Of a stretch of DNA of 64,000 nucleotides, positions 39,681-53,447 are shown piece after piece. Within the stretch, counting starts at the first letter, position 1; each line of letters opens with the position of its first letter. Source of the stretch: Amphiscolops sp. MND2022. Its lineage: Eukaryota. The notes beneath the pieces were generated by a model, which saw only the letters and a program-made list of their open reading frames with translations, had not been told where the DNA came from and made no database searches. Location: positions 1,488,001 through 1,552,000 of the forward strand of contig OZ076409.1 of the NCBI GenBank assembly GCA_964187785.1, given 5' to 3'. The position numbers and the translations under genes were made by a program.

Positions 39681-41778
39681 AAGGAAATAATTATATAACT
39701 CATTAGGATCCATTAGCAAAAATTAGTAAAGGTCGACATTGCAGAAAATTGAAAATGCAGCCTTTATAACCAGGGATTGGAAAAAAAATGACCGATGATC
39801 AATAAATTGCTATTTTCCCATGAAAATGTATTTATTGGGTAATTTTAAGACATCAATTAATTGATTGGAAAGTAGGCAATGAAAAGCAATTAATTTCTCG
39901 AGCATATTTGTATAGCCAAAATGCATCACTGGAATAGCTAAATGAGTTGAATGCATACTTGGTGAATACCAACGTAATTCCAGACGCTAATTTCTTACAA
40001 TTGTTGTCCGAAAATTACGAAGCCCATCTATTTTGGAAAGAAAATAAGCGATTTCGGGATGAAAAACTTGTTCAGAATATCTTTTCTGATTGTGATATGT
40101 TATGAATGAAGTTTTAAAAAGTGTTTTTCATTGGAATTGATTGCCAATTAATTGGTCAATTGGAGTTTTTCAAAAATTGCAATAAATTAAATTGCCTGCC
40201 CATACCTCCCAACAAGTCATCATCTATTTTAACTCCTCTTTCCCTTCTTGAGTCAAATAAAGTCACAATAACACATTGCGAACGTACCACTTCTTTCGAA
40301 CACTCGTTTAAACTTTGTATTCTACCTGAGGTTTGAACCTAAACGTTTGAAAACCATCTCATCTTGATGCAATTCGAACGCAGTACGCAAAAAATTAATG
40401 AATTGTACAAAAAAGTTCAAGTTCGAAAGCAAAGTGGTTGAACCATCATCATTATTGAAACATTTTCGATGATTAAATGGTTGGAAAACTGGTCTGAACA
40501 TTCAAACACCATAAGCAGAGTTTTGACACCGCTAATGAATGATTTAGCGAATAAGCGGGCACACAAGAATTTTTCAGTGCTTTTTTAGTAATTATTCAAA
40601 TTAGCGGCAACTATAAGAATGTTCAAAATCACAGTTCAAATAACTTGAGTCTTGCAAAACTAAATTGGGTTATCATTCAATTTTGAAAAGACAAACATTT
40701 AAAAGTTTCGAAAAAAATTTCCAGCGAAAGAGAGATTTTTAGATGAGCGGTTCAGCGATCAGCGGTAGAATAGCGATATCAAAACCATTCAACAAATTAT
40801 CGTTTGCTTTAAATTCTCTTTCCTTCAAAATAAGGAGACTGCCTACTGAAAGCTAGTTCATGTTGTAAAAAAAACCAGATGGGAGGCTCATGTTGCACTG
40901 AAGGAATGTCAGAGAAAATTAGGGTGTCGTAAACGCTGCCAGAATACGAAGAATCCTAATACCAATGCTGTTAAATGGGTAGCACAGATCATCATTAAAA
41001 TGAAGAATGCACAAATCATTTTTTTCATTTCCTGAAAATTTAATGTGTGGCTGCAATGCTAATATTAGTGTGTGAATTTTTCGACCACATAAAGAAATTG
41101 CATTATCTTGCAAGACCTCAGGGTCGTACGGTGACAACTGGTACTGAGCGACCACTCATATTGGATTGAAAAAGTGATAACTCATATCAACCAATAACTC
41201 ATATCGTTTGAAATTTATATAAGAAAATTGAATCCTACAAAAGAACAAGTTGAAAGTATTCATCTCGAATAATTTATCAGATGTTCAGAGAAAGTTAGTC
41301 AAGTGATACGAGAAAATTACCTCAAGTTATTGGGAATTGTAACGTAATAAAAAGATCCAAAGGGTTACATAGTAATAATCTTAAGTAGAGCCCGTTAAAA
41401 AATAATTTTCGGAATTTCTAATTTCAGTTATTTATTGAAGTGCTTTTGAAAATAATTTAGGTACATATAACCTATTGACAAACCTGATATGAGTTTTCGC
41501 TTTTTCCTAATTGATGAGTTAGCACTTGACATGAGTTGTTGTCTTTTTGATTTGATATGAGTTGTCGCTATCCCCTCAGCTACCCCATTTAGGGGTAATT
41601 CAGGGTACATCCATTTATGTCTTTGCCTATAAAATGTCTGATCTGACAGAATCTGACAGGTTCGTCTGAAATGCAAGATACTTGCAAGATTCTTGCAGAT
41701 AGTGTCTGATATTTACCACTCCTGCAAGATTCTTGCAAGAAATGTATGGGAGTTCGACTGGGGTATGAAATGTTGCAG

Positions 41779-42004
41779 CTGCTTTGCAATCAGACTCAAC
41801 AAGGTCGCCTGTGCTTCCGAAACGGACAGTGTCTCCGAACCAGCAGATCCTACCCAGACGAGAGGGCCCCAGCATCTCCTATTCCAGATCCAGTCACAGC
41901 CGAGAGGCCAGTGAATCCAAAGACGACCATCTCAGCCCCCCCACGAAACCCACTCTAGAGAGACTGGAAAGCGACACGGACGCTTTCCTCAAAAACCCCT
42001 ACCA
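41779..42004 (+). CDS. Kv unit 2 C-terminal exon
   Basis: GC-rich open frame (QSDSTRSPVLPKR...FLKNPY); acceptor tgttgcag| (or 41794), phase 1; donor CA|gtgaat, phase 2. Confidence 0.7.
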
Positions 42005-42904
42005 GTGAATTGTCCATTACTACCAAACACTTCTTTTTTTCCACTACACTTGCGGTTTTCTTAATGCGGACCTATTGTATAAATTCTATAAATTCTAGAA
42101 AAACTTCTATAAATTCTATAAATTTCATTTCCGTGCGTTTTTTTCACATTTCCAAATGAATATTTTAAAATTAAACATGGAACCAGTTAAGGGTATAGTT
42201 CTTACCGTTAACTTGACAGATAATTTTTTTTTTCAGTTTCCTGTATATTTCCATTTAAGGTTCAGAAACTGTATCGTTCATAATTCATGTATTCAAAACT
42301 GTCCACGTTCAAAAAAACACCAGTGAAGTTTGCATCTAGTGTTTTACTGGGTGAACCAAAAACAAAACGGAACGCATAGAAATTTTCGGCCCTCAAAATT
42401 CCAAATATTTGTCAACAAATGTTTCAAAACAACTCTGAACATTGCACTTCATCTTGTCAGTCATCGTTTGCTGACCTTATAGAATTGTAGCATTTGGGTC
42501 GCACTGAACTGAAAGACTGTCAAATTTTACTAGTTGAAAAGGAAACTCCTTCGTTTCGGCGCGACCCAAATGCTGCATTTCTACAAGGCTATTTTAGTTG
42601 TTAATCAAGTCGGCAAAATTTTCTAATTTTTTCCTAATTCATTCCCAAAATACCTGTATTATGCGCTCGATTATGCGCTTTTATGCACATTCTTAAAGAA
42701 GGTCGATTATGCGGTCATTATGTTATTTTAGAGGAGCGCACAATACTACGACCCCTGGTCTCAACAACTTAAAGGGTGGCTGAACCCCTAATTGTTTGTA
42801 TTTTGTAATGCAAGATTTCAAAAGTTCATTAAAAAATTGATGACTATGAGCTACTGAAATGAGTATGTATATAAATGTCTTGTAACAGGCTGCAACTAAA
42901 GGTA

Positions 42905-44159
42905 TTTTTAGTCAGCGTTTTCGAAGAAAAATACCCAGACTCTTACAGTGAGTAGTTTTTTAAGACTCGTAAGGTCCACTTTTTTGTTCAATTGTTCAAC
43001 AACTTGAACTACGGAGGTTCAAAACACTCGAAAACTCAGAACCTCGCCATAACGAAAAGAAACGAAATCGACATCCAGAACCTCGAAAACATACTAAGGA
43101 TCTCTCCCTGGCTATCTTGGTGTTTTTCACTTAGATTTTTTCGCCTCTATGAGACTTTTTTTTGAAAATTTTTGGATTGCACCGAAGGGTCCTTCATTTG
43201 TTTCGATATTTTGCAACAGAATGGATTTTAAAAAATCCCAAAGGGTCCCCCTTTTACAGTTTCCAGCACTGTGACACTGTTCAAAATCTCATGTTTTGTT
43301 TTTTTTCGAAAATTTCCAATGTCTCCAAATGGTTCCCCTTCAATTTTTTCATACTTGGCAACAAACTGGAGTTTGAAAAAGCTTAAAGGGTCCCCTCTTT
43401 TACAGCTTTGGAAACTTTACGCTTTTTGAGCTTTAGATATAGCGCCGACTTTGACCGACTTTGTTCTAAAAAAATTCCAAAAGTTCCTTGCGCTTTTGTG
43501 ACATCCATTTAGTACAAAAATTATTTAAAGTGAGGTATCGGTTTTTCGGGCAGACAAAGGACGAAAGAAGTTATTATAAAGGTCCTTCAGCCTTTAAATG
43601 GAGCCGAATAAACGTTTGATGAAAGTATTATGAGAAACAAGCCGGGAACGGCCCAAGTCGGCGCCATATCTAAGGCTCAAAAAGATTCGAAAACCACTTT
43701 TTCTACAATTGGAGACAACAAAAGCTCTCGAAAAACTGAAAATTGAGAAAAAAAAATTCCGAATTTTTTCTCGATTTTTTTTAAGTTTCCGGTAAGTCGC
43801 ATAGTGCAGAAAAATGTAAAAGGGGGGACGCTTTGGGATTTTTTGAACATCCATTCTGTTGCAAAATATCAAAAATTGATGGGAGGAACATTTAAAAAAT
43901 TCGAAAAAATATCAGTCTCACAGTGCCGAAAAAAGGAGGAAAGTCTCCTAGTGTCGAAAAAAAAGGCCCTTCTGCTTTGGAATGGCTTTTTATCTCATGT
44001 TAGAGGCTTTGAGTGCGTTGAAAATGAAGTACTAAGTACATATGGTAAAAGTTGGTAAATGTGCATTAATGCACAAAAAGTGGACCGATCGCGTTGAACT
44101 GACGAAAAAAACTAGCCACTGTAAGAGTCGGGATTTTCTTCGAAAACGCCGACTAAAAA
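42905..44159. mobile_element. Two family A copies in opposite orientation (42905-43465, 43636-44159)
   Basis: Family termini on opposite strands. Confidence 0.7.
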
Positions 44160-44345
44160 CACATTAAAAACTGAAGTAAATTTGCAGTCTGTCATCTAAC
44201 GAAAAACCAGCCAGTCTAAAAGTTTCAAAAAGTACGAACAAATAACGAATCAAGTGATAGAACCCTTTTTCTTCATCTGTGAACGAAGGTTTGAAATGTC
44301 GCAATGAGGAATAGCAAAAAGGACAATTCACTCTGTCTTGTTCAG

Positions 44346-44636
44346 TTACAAATTTGCGTTGCCTGGACACCCGGAAAGTCAAACCCGGCTAGCTGAGGAC
44401 TTGAAGCGTCGGTTCCACAGCACACTTTTCCTAGAACGAGACAGTAGTTCTCAGACCAAAGAGATGCTGAGTGTGTTGAACAACCAGAACACCCATCTGA
44501 GCAGATCCATGGAAATAGACCGGATATCCGGCAAACACCGCAACCCTTCTGATATCAAATCCGTTATCCGAAAACTACAAGACAACAGTCGCGAGAGTTT
44601 GAACAAAGTCCAGAAGTACTTGAACAAACGTCGCAG
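44346..44636 (+). CDS. Kv unit 2 C-terminal exon
   Basis: cttgttcag| phase 2; YKFALPGHPESQTRL...YLNKRR; AG|gttcgt phase 2. Confidence 0.72.
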
Positions 44637-45645
44637 GTTCGTTTCTTGGTTAACCAACGAAAGTTTTTTCACTTACTGGTTGAAACCACTCGCTTTAAGT
44701 GCGTTTCAAAACATCGAAATTTGGAAGTATGCGCATAGAAAACTTGCTTCCACGTCAAAAGAGGATGAAAAATCTTTAATTTGAACTTCTAATAGTTTGA
44801 CAAATTTGCGATGATTCGGTCAGTTTCTGAGACAAATATTGCGACCATGAAAACTCCTCCAGCAGTAGCTGTGAACCTACCTTACCAACTTTGCTTTTTC
44901 CACTTTAATGATAAAGTATCTCGAAAAAAAAAACAAAATTTTTGCGAAAACTGGAAATCCGACGAATTTAAGATGTCGCATAGTGGGCATTAATCGCTTT
45001 TGTCCAAGATCTTGGAAAACTATGACTATTCACAAACTCCTTGAAAAAAGTTTTGGAAGAGTTGTTTTAGTCGTTGCCAGAGATTCCAGACGATCAAACT
45101 TCTGGCAATCGTTCTAGCAAGTTCTTTCCCGCACTGCAGGGTTTCTATGGAGAATACCTCACCTAAACTCGAGTTTTGTTCGATAGACGTGATTTTGGCA
45201 CAACTTGTTTGTAGCTGCTTGAGATTATAACCTAATCTGCATGTATTAATTTTCATTTCATCTGACTGCGTTCAATTGTTACATAATAGTTACGAACTTG
45301 AAGCCTCTTTTTCGTAATGTTTGGCCAATTTTAACCGCGAATTCAATCTTATCCTGTTATATACCTATTGGTGGTATAGATTATAGCCGAACAGGATTAA
45401 AGACGAATAGTTTAGAGCAGAAAATGGTTGAATTATCAATTGCAATTGGCCAAACCACTTGGGAAAGAAGCTTCAATGGCGTAACTAATATGTAATATTT
45501 GAACGCAGTCGGGAGAAATGAAAGCTAATACACGTAGATTCGGTTATAAGCGCAAGCGGCTATAATCCTGTGCGGTCAAAATGACGGCTACCAAAACTAT
45601 TCGTCTTTAATCCTGTTCGGCTGTAATCCCTACCACTTTTTCCAG

Positions 45646-45832
45646 ATCCAAACAATATTCCAGACAACCAACGAGCAGACGGTCTTCTACCAGTTCGTTC
45701 CTAAACCCTTTTTCCACCTTAAACGCCCCCAACTTGATGAACGGGGACAAGGGCTCAGAATCCAGCGGAAGTTCCCACACGCTGGAAAGTCTGGCTGCCC
45801 AGCCGGTCATTTCAGCCGAACCACAACTACAG
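45646..45832 (+). CDS. Kv unit 2 C-terminal exon
   Basis: tttttccag| phase 2; SKQYSRQPTSRRSSTSSF...EPQLQ; consensus donor CAG|gtaagt phase 0. Confidence 0.75.
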
Positions 45833-45847
45833 GTAAGTGCTGGCATG

Positions 45848-46651
45848 AACAAGCAGGGAACGGCCCAAGTCGGTTCAAAAAAGTAAAGTTTTTTTAAATA
45901 TGCAAAAGGACACTATTTTAAAAATTTCATCAGTTCTACAGTGCCAAAAAATACCCGAAGGGATACAGATAAGACTCGAAAACCACTTTTCCCCAGCTGG
46001 AAACACCAAAAAACGCATCTTGCTCAACCGAAAACCTCAAAAACACAAAACCATTGAGAAAAAAAATTCTTTCAAAAAATGTCTCCGGTAAGTCGCATAG
46101 TGCCGAAAACCCTAGAGAGTCTTTTATGCTCGCAAAACTTTTGGTTCCTTATAAAAATTCGGAGACTTCGTTGAAAACAAATTAGAAAAAAAGTCGCATA
46201 GTACCGAAAAAAGCCTGTCTTAAAACAATTCGGATAGTATTGAAAAAATTGTTGGTGGATATTTATCAAGAAAACCTAATATCAGACGAAAAATGAAATT
46301 TTCAACAGTCTCATAGTGCCGAAAAATGTAAAAATGTGAAAAGAGAGACCCTTTGAGATTTTTTAATATCCATTCTTTACAAAATATCAAAAAAAGAACG
46401 GTGAGACATTTGAAATTTTCGAAAAAAAAGTCTCACGAAACCAAAAAAGTGGGGGAAGTGTCATAGAGCCAAAAAATTGGAAAGGGGGCCGTTCTGCTTT
46501 GCAATGGTTTTGTATTTCATGTTAGAGGCTTTGGATGTGTTCAAAATGAAGTACTAAGTACTCATGGTAAAATTGCATAATGCACAAAAACTGACGAAGA
46601 CGAAACAAGCCACTGCACGAGTTGTGCATTTTGTTCGAAAACGCCGGCAAA
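45848..46651 (-). mobile_element. Helentron-type family A copy
   Basis: AACAAGCAGGGAACGGCCCAAGTCGG start; CGAAAACGCCGGCAAAA end. Confidence 0.65.
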
Positions 46652-47513
46652 AGTAGGCGACCGGACTTTACCTCTACACAAACATTATCTAGATCTTAAA
46701 CGGTTATATGTTGGTGTTGTATGAAGAAAGCTAAAATATAAAATGACTATATAATAAGAAAAACATTCAAAACCTACATTGGCCACAATGTAGGCCGTTT
46801 ATTGACTAACAGTTTTCCATACATGGTAAATTAGCATAACCTAGTCGGTTAATGCTCAGGTTGATAATGAATTTGTTGGTCCTTAACGATGAATTAATTT
46901 CTAGCCAAAAAGAAAAGAATATCATCACAACTATTAGATTATTAGTTTTTGGTATCTGAAAACAAAAGGTGTGACAAGTGACAAAAAAAGTTGGCTTCTC
47001 CTTTTTCAAATGTGATTCAACCAGTATTCAACCAGAAAAAACATACTATTTTCTGAAACATACTATATTTTTCGGAATATCTTTAATCTAGAAAATTGTT
47101 TGGTTAATTTGGTCAGTGAAGCATTAACCTCGACAGTACACTGAGAAGTAGTAAAATTGTCAGAAATTAGGCAAATTTTTTCAAAGCTTCATTTCTTCAC
47201 GAATAATAGCCGCAGTTCAAATGCCGGTCAAACTGATAACTGAATCTTCATTGAAAAACTTCTATATGCGTCTTCAATCGTGGCCTGTTGTGTTTTTAGA
47301 GTGAGACAGCAACTTAGCAACCAGTTGCTCAGTTATTGAGAAAAGGCAATTTCACTGAAATGTAAAATTTTGCAAATTTTAACTTTTTTCCAGTTATTTT
47401 GCCGGTGGCTCGGAAAAAAAGCTATATTTACACAAATAACAACTCACCCCAGATACTCAAATAGATGGTTGAGAAGAAAGACAAAATTTCGTTATCCTTA
47501 ATTTTTCTTGCGT

Positions 47514-50451
47514 AATTGCGGCACGAGCGGAGCGAGATGCCCATATGGTGACGTTTTTGAGGCTTCGAGCGAGCGAAGCGAAGCGACGAAGTCTCTATTG
47601 TTCCGCGTTTACTAGCGTTTTGGTTTTTTTTCGCGTGACATACCCTCTGCATTTGTATTAATTGAAGGCTATTTTCTCAGAGCCTATTTTTCCGCGACCA
47701 TGCAAACTTTCTCAAAAGAAACGCAACTTGATGCTCTTTCTAACCGTGTAAAAACTTTCCGAAAATTTTCCACCGGCGCGATTTTATTAGCTTCGAAAGC
47801 GCGAAATTTTCGAAAAATTTTAGGGTTTTTGTCGATTTTGCTAATTTTCTTTTCGCAAACCACAGCGAATTGGCCCGATGTAGGTACTAACCGACGTAAA
47901 ACGATGTTTTCTTTAATTTGGTGAAAGTTTTTTTATCCTAGAATTATTGGGCTTTGCGAAAATGACCATTAAAAATAGGAAAAATTTTCGGTTTTTTTGC
48001 GTAAAAAATTTCTCAACCTATTTTCAAGTAGCAATCAGTTCTAATCCAAGCAGTGGTGTTTCTACTCGATAACAGGTCTGCTTAGCTGCCCAAAGTTAGA
48101 AATTGGAAAGTCACAACGTTTACGTCGGACAGATAGAGACAAAAAAGTTTTCAATTTTTTTGAATTTTTGATAAATTGCTCTCTTTATTCAATTTTGTAA
48201 AAGTTTTGACCTATTTTCTCGGAGCCTAATACTTCGAGACCATCCAAAAACTCAACAAATTGTTGGAACTGAATTTGTTGGTGAAGATTTAAATGTTGTT
48301 GGATTTTCGGGCAGTTCATTGTATATTATACAAATTGTGCTTTACTACGAATCTCGAAATAAATGAATATTTGATCCTTCAATTTTTAAATATACATTTT
48401 CCAAACTAATCTTAGAAAGGAGTGAAATAGACGAAGTTACCGGATCGGTCTTGTAAAAATGCATAGATGGCGGTCTGATTACCCCTAGTAACCCTCCTAC
48501 TGTCTTATTTGCACGGCTGTTGTTAAAAATGCTGACTTCATCCTTGGAAGGTTTTTATTTATTTATACTGCTAGTAGAAAATATAAAAATGCTCGAAGAC
48601 CTATCGGCAATGTACATTGAATCATATACTCCATAATTGCTCATTGATTTGCTTTGTCTCCTGCCTGTAAAATTTTCGGTGAATAGTTTTTTTGTGCATT
48701 TTTGATGTCGGAAACCAAAGTTTTTTTCAGACCTCTCGATGTATGGGTTTTCGAGAGTGAGATCATATTGGACCACTGGAGTACATACTCACCGTTAGTT
48801 ATTGATGATGTGGTTGTTTGAAGCGTAAAACCGCGAAATTTCCGTTCTTAACGTATTCTATCCAGTGAATATCTGCACAGAAGGTATTATGCATTACCGC
48901 AATATTCCTGAGAGATTTGATGTCATATGCAACGATATGCAACATATCTTTTCGTGATTTTGCCCCATTCGCAAATTTTAACAGGTTATTCATCCTCTGG
49001 AATACGTTTCCAACGGTGCCCACTGATGCTGGAAGGTTGTTTGATGCACATTTCAGCTAATTTTTAGAACTGAAAGTATACTTGCTAGTGATGGCACATA
49101 TCAACCGTCCTATTGATAACTAGGGCAGCCCTTCCTTTTATATAGTGGTAAAGGCCGAAAAAGTTAAGCTTCATAGGATTAATACCCGCAATTCTTTTCA
49201 ATTTCATTGTATTTTGAGCATTCTCGTGCCGTATATAACCTTAGCTATTCGTCATAGCTAATAACTTGGTAATATGGTTCAAATGCACATGATGATAGTC
49301 AATTATGGCTGCGGGACCTGTCGCTCGAAGCCGTGCGCAAATTCCTTTGCGCCTATGTTTTTTTTTCGCAGATTTCGTGACATGTGCCAATTTTTCAAAC
49401 TTGTGAGGCAAATTTCTCAAAACCCAGAACAGATACGGACACCATGTTTCCGCTAAAAGTTGCGCAGGATCCTAGGCTAACTTTTCGCCGAAAAAAAAAT
49501 TCGAAAAAATTCGGCTTCATGTGTTTTTTTCAAAAGAAGTTTTGAAAAAACGCTGTTTTTGACTATTTTTCATCTTTGATCCCATATAGCTCAGAAATGA
49601 GACCGAATACAGGGTCCCTGGTTTCGTAAATTGTACAAGCGTTTCATAGGCTACGTTTTGGCTGAAAAATGACGTCACTATTTTTTTACATACTTGGTGT
49701 TTTTGGGCAGAGAAGAAAACAAAAAATTTTTTGAAAAATTTTTTCTCATTCGTAGCTCATATTTCTCAAAACTGATAAAAGATACAGAAACCGTTCTCTT
49801 TCGAGAAGAACAGCATAGATATAGGCTACTTTTTGGACCAACAAAGTTACCGTCATCAAGTATGACGCCTCCGTTTTTCTGCCAAAAAATCTTCAATTTT
49901 TTTCAAAAAAATTTCTTGGTTCTTTATCACTTGAGCTCGTATATTTCATGACCGAGACCAAAAATGGCGTTCATGGTTTCGTTACTTTTACGACGTTTAT
50001 GTAGGCTACGTTTTAGGCTAAAAGTGATGTCGAAATTTTTTTCGGTCTGGATTATTTTAGCAAATAAAGTAATGAAAAAATTTTTCTGAATTCTTTCCAT
50101 TTTTTCCAATTTGTTGCTGATTTTTCTCAGTACTGAAAATAGATAAGAAAACCATTCTCCCTCACAAAGTGAGACAAGTATGTAGGCAAGTATGTACTTT
50201 TTGTACTATCAAAGTTTCCGTCATGAAGTATGACGCCTTCGGGTTTCTGCCAAAAACACATTTTTTATTTTTCTCAAAAAAAATTTTCCTTCATCTTTTT
50301 ACTTCTTTCATCAAAATATCCTCATCTGAGACTGTATAAGTTCATGAGGTTGTGGGCGCTGGAACACAACGAATTTGTAACACCTTCTGCAGACCATTGA
50401 ACGTTTCTGTTCGTGCCCAAGCGCGACATGCCGTCGCGCCTATGTTTTTTT
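47514..50451 (+). mobile_element. Outer Helentron-type element
   Basis: 5' TTGCGGCACGA pairs imperfectly with TCGTGCCCAA (50411-50420), then hairpin GCGCGAC-ATGCC-GTCGCGC and CTATGTTTT. Confidence 0.65.
47554..49366 (+). mobile_element. Inner nested Helentron-type element
   Basis: GGCTTCGAGCGA (47561-47572) is the exact inverse of TCGCTCGAAGCC (49321-49332), then hairpin GCGCAAA-TTCC-TTTGCGC and CTATGTTTT. Confidence 0.7.
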
Positions 50452-50558
50452 ATTGATTGTGGAAAAAATCGCTGTCCTCATTGAGGACGAAATCACTATC
50501 GAGGTTAATAGAAGATTCAGTTGATAATATTTGTGTAATAATTGTGGTGTGTTTCCAG

Positions 50559-50677
50559 GTGTCTCCCTTCCCGGCGAACCTTCCCTCGAAGAAGCTGCCG
50601 GACAGACACAAACTGCAGCCCAGACCGCAGCTGCCCACCTTCGTCAACGTCAGTCCCAACACCCTCCCCATACCCAG
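50559..50677 (+). CDS. Kv unit 2 C-terminal proline-rich exon
   Basis: gtttccag| phase 0; VSPFPANLPSKKLP...TLPIP; AG|gctagt GC donor gives the phase 2 needed by the next exon. Confidence 0.68.
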
Positions 50678-51903
50678 GCTAGTATACCCACACATATTAC
50701 CACAACCCTTCAGAGCCTTCACTGCTGGTCAGAAAACTAAAGGGCTCTTTACTCTTCACCCTTAACTAACCGAATTCTGCATAATTTAAGGCATTTGCAC
50801 GTATCCCAGTGCTTCCATTGCGTTATAACCGTTAGTGTGCATAAAACGCGTTTTAGCGCATCTAACACCCACCCCCCCGCGCGCTACCAAAAATTTTTTT
50901 GAAGTAAATTTCCTTGAACATTTCATACTAGCCTAATTGGAAGCAAACCCTGCTTTCATAACAGAAGTCACCGTCTATTGGAAGTTTTTGTTTGAACAAA
51001 ACATTTTTCACTTATTTGACTGTGATTATATTCGAATTAGTTTTTTTTGTGACTCAAAGCAGGAAGCTGAGCTATTTCCAAAACATCACTCTTTAGTTTT
51101 TTTTTGAATTTTCGTCCCACTTACACTTTGATTTCAAAATTTCAAATTATAACAGAAAAATTCTCCCGAACATTTCAAATCTGACAATATATTTTTTTCA
51201 TTAAATCTCTAAAAAATTCGTTAGTTTTTGAGATATTCGATTTTGAGATTTGCCTTATGTTGCTTTTTCTAGAATCACTACTGCCCAAGTTGAGTAGTAG
51301 CTACTTTTCAATACTGATTATTTGTTCAAGATTTCCCACGTTATATGTTAAGTAACTCAAAGACATTAGATTCCGTCATTGTTCTGAAGGCAATACGAAG
51401 AGACTGTTTCCATTTGGCATCCCAATTAAAGCTCAAAAATTAGTTACAACTGAATTATAGTAACTTGGAAGCGAAACGTCCTGAAAAAAGCACAAACGGA
51501 AAGCAAAATGAGACCATTTCGCCAAATATGGGACTTAAAAATCGGCAAAAGGCTCAGACTTATGGCATTGCGAGAATGAAAAGTATGAAAAATTTCATGC
51601 AACTTTTTGACAAGTGACAAAAAGGTACGCCCAAATACTAAAAACTAAATCTATGTTCCCTTCAGCAGTTCTGATAGGCAAGCGAACAGTGATACAGAAA
51701 AAAAAAGAAAAAACTGAAAATTTTACTTTTTCTTCCGAAAAACGGAAAGAATTTTTTGTTCAATGAAAAAGTAAATTTACTTAGTAAAATTTATACTCTC
51801 CCCAATAAACTTATTAGCTTAAATTTATCTTGAATTTATAAAAATTCATCTGAAATTTATTTTGATTTATGAAATACCTATTAAACTCTGGTGCCTATTT
51901 CAG

Positions 51904-52187
51904 TCAAACGTACATTTCTACCCTGGAAAGTTCTTTGCCATCCACGCCTGTTGCACTGTGCAATGGCTCTCAGTCCAGCAATAAGTTCCAGTTCAAGCCC
52001 TTCCCGCCTCTGCCCCCCGCGCCCGGGCAGCTGAATGGGCCCTTAGCCCCCCGCAAGTTGCCCCATGGGGGCATCAACTCGTCGGCCGGGTCCCTGGGTA
52101 CTGGCAAGAGACAGAGACCCAGTCTTCCAAAGGCATCTGCGTCCAGCGACAGTAAACATCTGTTCAGCGATTTACTGGAAATTAAAG
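51904..52187 (+). CDS. Kv unit 2 C-terminal proline-rich exon
   Basis: ctatttcag| phase 2; QTYISTLESSLP...PFPPLPPAPG...DLLEIK; AAG|gtctgt phase 1. Confidence 0.72.
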
Positions 52188-52729
52188 GTCTGTCTTCCAT
52201 ATATGGTTATATGTCAATATGCCAATTCAGTTGTAAATGGTGTCAGGACAATTAATCCTATGCAATTTCAACCTATACAAATTCAACCGTTGTCATTTCA
52301 ACCGCTCACAATTTCAACCTATTGCATTTTCAACCGTCCGCAATTTCGACCTAAACTAATTTTGGCTACTAATTACTCCTAATCGGTCAAGTTATTTCAG
52401 TACAAAAGCTAGTAATGAATCAAACAGCTTTATCAAATTATTGGTAATATCAAATTATTGGTAAATATTCATGAAGAAGCGAAAACGTATCAACACTGGC
52501 GTAAAAATTAGCACATTTGAATTTAGAAATGTATGGAAGTTAAAACCACCAAAATAATCATTTAACTAATTAGGATCCCATAGTCAAAATTAGTTTAGGT
52601 CGACATTGCGGACGGTTGAAAATGCAATAGGTTGAAATTGTGAGCGGTTGAAATGGCAACGGTTGAATTTGCATAGGTTGAAATTGCATAGGATGAAATG
52701 TCATGTAACCGTTGTAAATACAATGAATG

Positions 52730-53366
52730 AACAAGACGGGAACGTCTAAAGTCGGCGCTATATCTAAGGCTCAAAAAGACCCGTTTTTAAAATATGCATA
52801 GGGCAATTTCATCGAAAACTCCTGTTTTCGAACCTCCGCCTCCTCCTTAATAAAACTCAATATAATTCGGATATAACGCCAAACGTTCGGGTTTAGCGCT
52901 TCACTTCGGAAATCAAGTCAAACATTCGTATAGTATTGAAAAAAATTATTGGATATATATTGAATAACTAATATCAGACAAAAATGGGAATTTTTAAACA
53001 GTCTCATAGTGCCGAAAAATGAGAAAGTGGACCCTTTCGAATTTTTTAACATTCCTTTTGTTGCAAAAATCAAAAAAACTCGAAGGGGACCCTTTGGACA
53101 CATTAAAAATTTTTAAAGTCTCACAATGCTAAAAAAATTGAAAGGGGGAACCCTTTAGTCCGTCCGGTTTTGTAGGTTACGTTGAAAAATTAAAAAATGA
53201 AAGGGGACCCTTTGCACCAATATTCCGCTGGCCGGACTTGGCCTTAGTAGTTTTAGTAGTTTCTGTAAAAAGTGAACATTTTAGTGTGAGGTCTGTGGTC
53301 TGAAGAAAAAAAAGTCACTGTAAGAGTCAGGCATTTTTTTGCTTCACAAAAAACACCGACTAAAAA
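52730..53366 (-). mobile_element. Helentron-type family A copy
   Basis: Family termini and body. Confidence 0.7.
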
Positions 53367-53447
53367 CTGTCTCAACTTATCAACAAAAAAACGGTAAGAC
53401 TGTTTTTGTAATCAACTTCAAAGAATGTCTTTTGCAGACAGGAACAG

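Noticed and set aside
40919..41155. 78-aa minus-strand ORF as a transposase fragment
   Set aside because: No diagnostic motif recognised
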